A stretch of 64,000 nucleotides of DNA from a virus: the IMG/VR virus record IMGVR_UViG_3300028571_000830, positions 32,001 through 96,000 of that record; one strand, written 5' to 3'. The notes beneath the pieces were generated by a model, which did not search any database, was not told the DNA's origin, and saw only the letters and a list, made by a program, of their open reading frames with translations. Position 1 is the stretch's first letter, and each line of letters opens with the position of its first letter. The translations under genes were made by a program, and so were the position numbers. Shown here piece after piece: positions 1 through 12,000 of this stretch.

Positions 1-3000
1 AAATCATTGTCAAATACAGAAGGTCTTTCTGTGTCATAGAATTCATTAGCCCTAAATCCATCTCCCCAAGCATTTACCATTTTGTAAACAAAATTTTCAT
101 ATTGTTTCTCTCTAAGGACTACAGGATCAGTTTTTAAATCATCATTATACACTTTAACAAATAATCCTCTTTTAATGAAAGAATAGTCTCTTATCTTACG
201 CATTTCCTGTTTTTCTTTCTTACTAAGATTTGCTTCCCAAGTGTATACAATTGCATCTGATTGTGTAGCTCTAGAACGTGTAGATAGTTTTATAAGCTGT
301 GGTATTTGTCCATTTGCAATGGCTGTTTTGATTGTATCTTTAAAAGATACCATTGGCATATTGTAATACCATCTTCCCGAAGCACTTATCCCTCCTCTAG
401 CCTTTTCATGAGGAACAATTGTATTATCAGACCAGTTATTTCTTTGAAGAACATTGAGCTTGTAGTAATCCATTAAGTCAATATCTGTACGTTCTTCTAA
501 ACTATTTATTACATCTCCATATACATCTTGGAAATCTTCATATGGAAGAAGGGATGTAAATGAATAAGGTGTAACTGAAAGCCCTGATTGTAGAATAGAC
601 ACTGCTACAATCTTTTTGTAGGTTTTTAGATCCCCTATAGAAATAAAATAATTTCTCATCTCCCTAAAAGAGTATATGATTTGATCTTGATCATAAATCT
701 TATTGTCTTTATTATCTATAGATAGATTGTTGGCTCTACCTGGTCTATCTGATGATTTTAGTACTAAGATACCTTTCTTACCAACAATATGATTATCATA
801 TAGAGGATGGGTGGGATCTTGTGCTATATCATTTTTTAGATTAGTAATTTGTGTAGGAGCATTGTCATCTGATAATAATATAAGTTTAAGAAATTGATTT
901 CTTTCATCTGTAAGTTGTACTGCCCAATCAAAGAAGTCATTAATAGCTTTTCTTGAAATCTTTAAGAAGTCTCTATCATTAGTAGTCAAAGTGTAAGGGC
1001 TTAATACGTCTTCTAGCACTTGTCTCACTTTACCTCTATCAGATAAGAAAATGGTATCACCTAAAGCACTTCTCATCTTTTCCACCCTATCTACAGTCTT
1101 TCTAATAAAGGAGTTTTCTAATAGAAAATCTGCAGAAGAAATGATAGATTTCTTAGCTCTTTCTAACTGTTCTGATTTTTTAAATACCAAGAAAGGGTCT
1201 CCAAGACTGGCTGTATCATAGTTGGTTCCTTGAGTTACGTAAAGCAACTGTTCAGACATCTTGGCATATTTCAAGAATTCAGTTAAAGCCACTTGTTGAA
1301 CAGCTTTGTCTTCAGGGGTAAATTCCTTGGCACCTACAAGTTCTCCTAGTTTAATAGTACTTGGTAGTTGATTGGGAAGAGGAGTGGAAGTTTTATACTT
1401 CTCTTGAGCTGCTTCTACAAATGAGTCTATAAATAGATATGAATATCCTGCATTTTCAATTTCTTGTAAGTAATCTAAAATGATAGGCTGGTTCATAAAG
1501 AAAGCCACTGTATCTATTGGCACTCCCAACTTAACTAAGAATAAAAACGTAGAAGCTACATTAGGCTTGGCTCCAAGTTGCATGATCCAAGGACCCTTTG
1601 AAATGTCCACATATCCATCAATGAATTGACCAATAATATCAGAAATATGTTGTCCTTTTGGATATTTTTTACTTCTTTCAGCATTTTTAATCATAGATAA
1701 AGTGGGTACTTCCTTACCGTTGATTTTTATCTTATTATATTCAGGAAGTTTAATAGTCATATCTACTGGATTCATAGAGCCTCCTGTCAACCAGAATTTA
1801 TCTTGTTTATCTAAATTTGCAAATCTAGACTCATCAATATAAATAGGTTGTCTTTGATTTAAGGAATGGTTTGTCTGAGCCACAGCCGCAATACCAATTG
1901 CATACTTACCTCTAACAAATGCATGTCTTAAAGTATCCATGAATGTTCTATCCAACATATTACCTACAGCATCACTTTCAAAAGTTTTTTCTCCTAGCTT
2001 TTTAGTAATATTATCTGCAAGATCTTTTAGTTGCTTTGCAGAATTGGGTTTAATTAGTTGTTCATAATTTGCTTCACTCGATACTAAATTCTGAAGAGAT
2101 TGAATGTAAGCATTCTCTAAAGACTTTCTGTACATTCTATCTGCAAGAACATCATAGTCATCCTCAATCTTATCAAGATCTTTATTTCTTTCTCCTAGAA
2201 GAACATATTCAATATCCTCTTTTATAATAAGATCTTTAATCTTTTGTTTAGCCTGATCCCCTATTCCAAAATAAGGAACTATCTTAAGATCTCCTTTAGC
2301 AGTGGTGTAGACATTCTTAAAGTAGATACTCAACTTGTCAATATCAAAGTCAGATCCCACTTTTCTAACAAGGGCAGAAGGAACTACAACAGAATCTCCA
2401 AATTCTTTTGGTAAGAATTGTTTAATTACAAAAGAATCAATTGAGTTTTGTTTCTGTGTAGGAATACGGAATGCAATTCCAGATAAAATCTTTTGTCCTT
2501 CAGGAGTGTTATTTAAGTATTCAAGAAGTTTCTCATCAGACATATTAGTATTAAACCATCTGCCCACCATAATCTCTGCTACACGTTTACCATCTTTCTC
2601 ATAAAACTTCAATACATCAGAAGTGTATCCCTCTTTACCATTGATAGAAGTTTTTTCAGCTCTTATTTCTTCAAGACCTGTAGAAGGAATTTGCACCTTT
2701 AAGCCTCCAGAAATCTTAGGAGAAACAATATACTTATCTACTAATGAGTAAAGAATACTTTTAATTTGGCTGTAAGCAGGGGTGGCTTCTAGTGCAGATT
2801 TGTCACTTAAGAAATCTTTTAAGGCTTGAACAATGTTTGAGTTCACCTCTCTTCTTAAGATTTCATCATTAAGAGCTTTTCCAGCTTTAGACTTATCCAC
2901 TATAACATAGGTGTCATCCTTTTCTTCTATGCCTAATTTGTTAAGAAGAGTTTGATATCCCATCTCTGTCATTTCTTCAAGAAGCATTTGATTATCTTGA

Positions 3001-6000
3001 ATCTCTCTAAACAGTGGGGATGTAGTTCTTCTTTCTTCATTGGACAACTTGCTCCATTCATCATATCCTTTCTCATAATCTATAGGTACTCCTGCATTCA
3101 TGAAGTCCATAGTTACAAGTTTGGTCACCTGAGATCCTCTAGTAACAAAAGGTTCTTCTTTTGAAGGCACATCAGATTGAATACTCATAATTGCAAAAGG
3201 CACTTTTATCTTCCCTTTATATGGAGTTGTATTAAATTTACCATCTGCATCATAGAATGGATTAGGAGATTCTGCTCCCACCTTTCTAGCAGTGTTAAAT
3301 ACAACATAGTCTATATTCTCTAGTTGCATTTTATCATAGAGCTTTAAAAGATTGGAAGAAACTCTTCCACCATTCTTAGCTATCTCTTTCTGCACACGAT
3401 AAGACAGAGGGTATAAAGCAAACTTATCTAAGATGACATCATTGTAAGGTCTGCCATTACCCTTGTTACCAGCAACAATAGGCTTTTGAGCAGTGTAAGT
3501 ACTAGTAACTCCAGGATTTCTTTTTGCTAACAGATCCATCTCTTCTTGAGAGAGAGGGATTTTCCTGTCTCTTTTTTCCCAAGCTACATCATACCTATAC
3601 TGAAGTTCTTCCATATCATTCCAATTACTAGCACGTATTCTTAAATTACGATAAGCTTTCATAGAAATCATACCACCACCATCTCCTTCATCCCAAGGCT
3701 CATAGTCTGGAAGATCAATAACTCCTTGAACATCTTCTAAAGTGGTGGATGTAAAATAATCTTGAGTAAAATCTGTATAACCAATATCTCCAGGCTCATA
3801 TCCTTCATTCCAAACTCTATTCATAACAGAGTTCATTTCACGAGAATTATTAATGATAGCTTGCCTAGGTGACAAGAAGTTCTTGATACGTTTTAACTCC
3901 TCTGAATATTGATATGGATCAGAGTATAATACTTTATGGAATTCAATATTATTAATAATGTAATTAGCAGTGAGTGTAGATAGAGCTAAGTCTAAATTTG
4001 CATTGGAGATTATTCTATTTTGGGCAAATGCCAAACTTTCTACATTATGAGTTTCTCCATCATCTGATTTAGAAATAATACTATACTTCTCTAATACATC
4101 ATATACCTTTTCAGACTCTGTTTTAATAAATTTTTCAACAGCAGAGTCTATTTTAGATTTATACTTATTATAGATTTCTTCTGGTGAAATAGTTTTATCT
4201 GAAAGAACAGTTTTAGATAATTCCTCTCCAAGAATAGCTTGCATAAATCTTAACTCACTATTCTTTCTCTTCTTAGCAACAGGACGTTTTTCTCTTACAA
4301 GATTAATCTCATCAATTAAGTATCCTCTAAATATATTATGAATTTGGGTATAGCCCATTCTCATATCTTCTTTAGTAATAGGATTACCCATGTAAGTCAT
4401 ATATTCTCTAGAGGCATCTCCTGCTACAAGATTGTAGTAGTAGCCATCTAAATTCATATTTATCTCTTGCACCATACGTTCTTTAAAGTTTAAAGAACTA
4501 GAAGCCTTCTTCTTACCCTTACCCTGATCATTCGTACCATCAGCAGCAGCAGGTTTTAATAGTTGATCTACATCTCCTCCAGTTCTTTTTGATCCTGTTT
4601 TTGTTTCTGGATCAATATTGAAAATGGAGTTCAGAAGAACAGAGTTTTGAGCAAAAGAATCTGTATACAAATAACTGTATTGAGGACTATCTTTCAAAGA
4701 CTCATAAGTAGGATATGCAGACAAAGCCTTGTATAAATCAGAACTAGGATTGGTACCAATAAAGGTTTGACTCTTCTCTCCATTAATAGCATAGAAAGTA
4801 CTGGCAAAGTCTGGGTTTTCAATCTTAGCTTTAATAGAAGCTAAAGTGAGAAGTCTGCTGTTAATATCTAAAGCCCTGCTACCAATAGTAGCGATTTTTT
4901 TTCTTTCAGTCATACTGGTTTTAATACCAGTGGTAGCTATATTAAACTTCTCAAACAAACTAGGATTGGTTATCTCTAAGTCTCTAAGATCTGAAGCATC
5001 AAACTCAATACCCAGAGAGGCTAAAAATTTAACCTTTTCTTCCAGAGTATTAATCTTTACACCATTGAAAGCTTTTTCCTTAGCTATATAAGCCTTTTGC
5101 TTAGTGTTGTATTCAAAATAAGGATTTTTAGGATTGTTAAATAATGCCCTCAAACCATTAATAAATCTAGACTCAATTTGTCTAGTAGCAGTGCTTAGGT
5201 TAGAATCCCCCACTTGCACATCTTCGTTTGCTAAAATGTTTAACATTTTAACATCAGGATTTTGTTTGTTAAAGGCAGTACTAAATGCAGCTATTAATTG
5301 TACATCATGTCTTTTTAGTAAAGACCAATCAATCTCATCAGAAGAACTCACCTTCGTCAGCCTTTTAAATAGAGTTTCATAGTTAGGGTCTTCTTTAGCC
5401 ATAGTCCTAAGCTTTTCAAGCATATCATCTGTAGATAATGCATCATGAACATTACTCATTACAGACACCCATGCTTCGCTTAGAGGTATTAGTTGTACAC
5501 CCCCTATAGATGTAGGTTTAGGCTTCCCATCTTGATTAAGTACAGGAAGTGTAGATAATAATAACTTAGTAGCACTATTAAGTTTTCTAAAGTGGTCAAT
5601 CTTATCAGCACCATCATATTCTCCTTTACCAGTTTTATCTGGATCATTAAGGTTTATACTATCATTATCATCAAACTCTACATCATATTTCTTAAGATAG
5701 ATCTCATGGGTTTTTAGAAGTTCTTCCCAATTTAATATAATAGAGTTAAATAAAGATTTGTACTTAGCAGTTTCTTTGTCTGCAGAAGCTTTTTTAGAAG
5801 CTTTTTTAGAAGCATCTTTTTCAGCTTCAGCTTCAGCTTGTGCAATATTAGACAAGCCTTTAATCTTTTCTCTTAAGTTAGCTTGTATTTTACCATACAG
5901 TTCTGTCTTATTAATAGGGGTCACTGCAAAAAGACTTTGATCATCTCTCTGCAAATAACCTAGAGTGAGAAAAGTCATATGCTGCATAATCTCATGTATC

Positions 6001-9000
6001 TGAGAATTAGTAAGTCCAGGTATTTCACTAAGTTCTGAACCTAAAACTATTTCAGCGTTCTCTATGTCAATGATTCCATCTTTAGCAAAAGATAGTGTAG
6101 ACTCCTCAGGGATGAATGTTTTGTAATACCCTGAACCAATTCTCTCAAATAGTTGTTTAGTATTATTAGATGCACTATCTCCAGTGAAGAAGTTCTTAAT
6201 AAAAGCTACAAGTTCTTTGAACAATCTAGAAATCAAAGACTGACCTTCCACCTTTGTGGTGGGAAGAATTCCATTATTAATATATGCTCTAAATTCTTCT
6301 GCTAGTTCTTCTTTAGCTTGTTGAGGAGTGGCTTCAGAATATTTAATTGTCTTACCTAACACTCTATCTACAAAAGAACCAGGACGATTTTTAAACTCTG
6401 AAAGTATAAGAGCCTGTTCTTTTGGATCAGTAAACATTTTCCAAATAGCCTCAAACACTTCATGATAAGCTGTACCCACTTCTGCATTTCTATAAACATA
6501 GATGGCCCCTTGGCTAAACATACCCCAGGCCTGCTTACCATTAGTAGATCTTAAAACATTCTTAACTCTATATACAGGGATGTTTGCTGGCAACACTTTC
6601 TTTAAGAAAGCCTCCACTTTATTCCAATCTTCTCCTTCATACTGATCCATAGTTTTGGAAACCATTTCACGAAGTTCTGGATCATCCGCATTTCCTTCTG
6701 TAGAATCCCAAGCATCATCTAATTGTTGATCTACAGCTGGTGTGATTTCTTCTGTAGTGATTTCTGCTTTAACTTCAGGGGCAGCTTCAATAACTGGAGC
6801 TTGGGCTGCAGCTTCTTGTTTAGCTTGTTCTAAAGCTGCAACATCTTTTGCTATCTCATTGAAAGTGTATTTAATAAGGGCAGCATTAGTTAATGCTTCT
6901 TTAGCTGTTTCCTCAGAAATAGTTTCTTCTCCAGCTCTATCAGAAATGTATTTATCAACAGCCTCTTGAGTTAAAGTTTTTTTGTAATTATCTTTAACCT
7001 TAATATCCACTTCAAAGTCTTTTAAAGTGTCAGGAGTGGCAGGATCATAAACAAATTTAATATTACCATCAAGTTTTGTTAGAGTGATGGTATTTGGAGT
7101 TTCTCCATCTAATACAAATTTTCCTTTAGGAGTTTCTGCTACAGGGGCTTTTTCTACAGGTTTTGCAGGTGTGCCAGGGGTTTGTATAGTGATGGCTTTT
7201 CCTTCAGGAGCTACATCTGTAGCCTGCTTATCAAAGTCTTTAGTATCAATGAAGAAATATATACCTGCCCTATTAGGTTGTCCCTCTTTAACAGGAGCCA
7301 TGTAAGTAGTTAGAGGAATATCTTCTGAAGCTCTATTTAAAGATAGTTTACCAGTGGCATCAGGAGCTTTATTAGACAATAAGTATGTTTGATAGTTTGG
7401 CCATACAACTGACTCATATTGTCCTTCAGAAGTTACAGAAATGATTTGCTCATATCTTTGATTGTAATAAGTGCTATCTGTTAATTTAGAATTTGTATTA
7501 GCATACATTTTCTGTAACAACATAGTGATGGTCCCTTTGTTTGCAGCTAGGTCAGTGGGTGTAAACTCTGAAACAGCCACCTCTTTACCAGACATAAAGA
7601 GTTTAAATCCTTCTGCAGTTTTATCAAACCATAAACTATTGTAGCTAGGATTTTTACCCTCTCTAGGAGTGCCCCAGTGAGTGACAGTTCTTAACCAATC
7701 AATAAGACGCATTGCTTCAGGAGAATCTGAAAGAACGAATTTACCTTTTGTGTTCTCTTCTACAATAACAGTGGCTAAACGCTGTAAGGCATCATAGATA
7801 GCATTAGCTTCTTTATCAGTGTGTTGTCTATTGTTTAAAGGTTGATAAGCATTCTTAAGTCTCAAGAAAGGTCTACCTAAAGCTTTTGAGAAAGATGTTG
7901 AACCTAAAGATATTTTCTCTTCCTGAGTGGGAACATATACCACTGGACTCTGTCTCAAGTCAGAATCTGTAATTAGTCCTGCGTCTTGTGTAGAAACTTT
8001 TGCATCATAGTCTGTTACAAATTTCTTTTTATCATCATCCCATTTTTGTACAAACTCAGGAATACCAAAAGATGCTTGTACATCATATCCTTTTAGAGAT
8101 GAGGAAGCTAGAGCTTCTTCTCTCCATTTAGTATAATTATAAGCACGTTTTATAACAGTCTCTTTGTTTACACTCTCTGAAAATAAGTTTTGTATACTAA
8201 GTGGGAATACCTGAAAAATCCCTTGATTATAAAGTCTCTCTACAAATTCTTCTTGGGATTCTCCTTTTTCTTTTGTTAAAGGCTTACCATTTTCATCCAC
8301 TGGAGTATATGTACCATTCTTGTTTTCAATAGCCATAACAAGAGAAACAGTTGTAGAACTATCCACATCTTCTTTACCTTGTTTTAAAAACTCTGTTAGT
8401 CCAGGAATAATTTCATCTTGGTTTGTAGAATTAACTACCACACCTTTAATTTTATTTCTGTTTGGCAAAGTGTTTAGTTTAATACCAAATTGATTTGCTC
8501 TTGCATGATAAGGAGCTTCTTCTTCCTGAGTTTCTTTAAAAGATCTTTTAGAAGGAACTATAGTGGCTCTATCAACAAGTTGTTCTGGCTTTTTAGCATC
8601 TGGTTCATAAGCCTTATCATATTGAGTATTTTGAGTACCTTGATTCAAGGTGCCCAGTATTTGTTTTACAATAGCTTCATTGTTTTTTATAAGGGCTTCT
8701 TCTGCTAGTTTTTGTTTATAAGCTTTAGCTACTGATTCAAACCTATCTAGAATAAGTTGTTTTGCTACAATCTCTTTCTGTAGTTCTACAGCATCTTTTT
8801 GGATAATATCTAAGTGTTCATTTAAATCTTTAATTCTTTGTTCATTGATAGATATATCTCCATCTTCAACATTAGTAATGAGATCATCTAGTTCAGAAAG
8901 TTCTTCTCTGTAAAGAGGTTTAACTTTTAAGAAATTAGGATTAATCTTTAAGAAATCTACAAATTCCTGTCCCATAATACGTGGAACATTTGGATACTTA

Positions 9001-12000
9001 GCTTCAAACTTACTAATTAAATTTGTTAAAAAATCTACAGCAGAGTCTATTGCTTTTTCTGTTTCCTTAATTAATTTTACTACTACAGAAATTTGGGCTC
9101 CTGTTTTTTCTTGAAGAAGTTCAAGGTCTAACACTTGATTATTTATCTCTTCTAAAAACTCAGAACTTTCTGTAGGGAGCACATCAATATTTTGAGCTAA
9201 GTCTGCTACATAGGCTAAGTTAAATTCAATTTCATCTTTGTCTGAATTTAAAGTTTCCATTTCTCTCTCTAGTTGCGTTTGCATTCTAGAAAGTTTCATA
9301 GCAGAAGAAAGTGCAGTTTTAGTTGCAGATTTAAAACGTACAGTGTTTTTAGATCTTTTATCTATCTCTGCGTTTGCTATTTCCTCCTCTAAAAGAGCTA
9401 AGTCTTTCTTAATTTTTGTAATTTCTTCTTGCTTTTTCTTGATTAAAGAATCTGTTTTTTCTTGATTAGAAGATAGTTCTTCAAATAAATCATTTAGGAT
9501 TTGTAATCTAAACTCTCTCTTTGCTCCAAGTCTATCATCCACTTCAGAAATAAATTCTTCTAGTACGGTCTGTTGTGCAGGAGTTAAGGTTTCTACTGAA
9601 GTGATCATAGCTTGTTTATATCCTTTTTGTGGAACAAACTGATCTCCAGTCACTTCTATAGTTTTTAGTTGTCCTTTTTTGTTGGTATAGACAAATAATA
9701 AAATACGTCCTTTTGGGTCATATTCTAATCTACCTTTAACTTTATTTCCTTTACCAAAGTTAAATTCAAATACAGTGTTTATATTTTTTAAGAAAAAATT
9801 AGCTTTCTTGTTGTTAATAGTGTCAGACACCTTTCCAAGTTTGTAGTCTGCCAATTCTTCTTTGGAGATGTTCTTTAAATTTCCCTCAGGAGTTTTTATT
9901 TGAATTGTACCATCTTCATTTTCACCTATAATAGATATAACAGGAAATCTATACACTGGATTTCCTTCAGCATCATATTTTATAGTTTTACCTAAGAAGT
10001 ATTCTGTACCTATTTCTACATCTTCTACACCATCTGCAGTTTTTAAACTGACAGTGTTTTTTTCCACCTCTCCTGTTTCTGGGTTTATTTGAGGTTCCAC
10101 TTTTACAGGCTCTATCTCCTTAAACTTTTTAGGAGAATTTTTAATATCATTATATTGATTTATAAATTCTTTTCTTAATATAGAAGCTCTTGCTAAATCT
10201 TTTAAATCTTGTAAAGAACTATCAGAATCTATATTTTTACTATCAGTTAATGTAGCTATTGCTTTATTATACTCACTATCATTATCATTTAATAAATCAT
10301 CTATAATAGTATCTGTATTTATTATTCCTGAATTATTAAGACTCATGGAAAGCTGAGGTATACGTACATCATAGTCTGCCACTTTACTTGCAGCATAAAC
10401 CATTTTGTCCATCACCTCAGAAGAATATAATTGTTTACCATCTTTATCTACAAGATTACCATATCTTAGATTTAAAGATTGATATAAAGATTTAACATTT
10501 CCAGCTGTTTGTTCTAAACTAGAAATTCTTTTTAAATATTTTTCTCTAGTATCTTCTTCAAGAACTTTTCCTTCTGATTGTAATTGAGCAAAACCTTCTT
10601 CTGTACTAGCAAGAGCTTTGTAGTCAGCAATATCTGACATTACTAAATCATATCTACCATACTTTATTCTAGGAGATAAGTAATTTATAATGTAATCAGT
10701 TTCTTTATCTTTACTTCCTGCTACATCCCCTTCTTTTAAAAGACCTTCTCTTTCTTCTTGAAGTATAGTTCCTCTATTAACAGAGTCAATAGTTTCTTTG
10801 GTAAAATCTGAAAGTTTAAACTTATTAAATTTTTGAATAGCATCTGCTGTATTTAAGGCTTTTTGTCCAGATTCTCTAAATCTACCCCTAGCTGTCATTA
10901 TAGATCCAGATAATCCACCAATCAAAACATTCTCCATACCCTCATCTGTACCCAGAGTTTGAGTAATTCCTTGGGATAGACTTTCTAAGAAATCTGTAGC
11001 ATCTCCTTTATATTTTTTATCATAATAATCATTCACACCTTTACCAATTGCAAATTGAGATCCTTCTTCAAAAGCCTCTGTTCCTGAGAATGAATATTTT
11101 CTAACTGTATCTAATCCTGATAAAACTTTACCAAAACCTTTCTTAGACACTTGTTCAGCGTATTCTCCTACACCAATTGTAGCTATATCTTTTATTTCTT
11201 TAGATAATGAATTGATAGCTCCTTTTTCTGCTGTATAAGTAGACCCTAATATTTTAGGAAACTGAATATAGTTGGTTGCAGATAGTAGTCCTACGTTAGC
11301 TAAGAAAGAAGCATTACCTACACTATCCGCAGCTTCATTAATTTCAGCTAAATCTGCTCCTTGAGGTTCTTGTCCAAAATTGTTTTCTTTGAACTCTCTA
11401 ATCTTTTGTTCTCTAAATTCATTTAGATTTTGAAAAGCTTCAAACCCTGCTTCTCCTGTAGTAGCTAGTCCTGCTACTAAAGCTCTTCCTCCTGGATTTA
11501 AAACATTATAACTACTTATAAACTTATCAGAAAGAGATCTTATCTTTCCATATGTATCTGCCACTTTACTCACACCTAGCAGTCCTTGTTCTGTAGCAGC
11601 TAAAGCTTCTGCAGCTTTACCCACTGAGAATAATCTAGCAGTGAGAGGAATAGCTTTTAAGCCTGCTGCAAAAGCTCCACCAGATAAGGCAGCTCCTGCT
11701 GCAAAACCTAAGTTCTTAATAATACCATCCCATAAAAAGTTAGCACTAAATAATTTTGTAGGTGAATACCATCTAGCATTCTTTTCTACATCTGTATAAT
11801 AATTAGGGGCAATGTCTTCTGCTTTTTTATTTATATCATCAACCCATCTATTTAAATCATTATCATAAAATGAAGCAGCTCTTCCATCAGCAAAACCTCT
11901 AGCAACACCATTAACTAGACCCACTGTTGATTGTAAGAATGTAGTACCTGTAAGTAATAGTCCTTTACCTACACTGTTAACCATTTTCTCAGTCCATCCT

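Noticed and set aside
5784-5815. 12-bp repeat (ASKKASKKAS) in the vRNAP gene
   Set aside because: Trivial in-frame linker duplication
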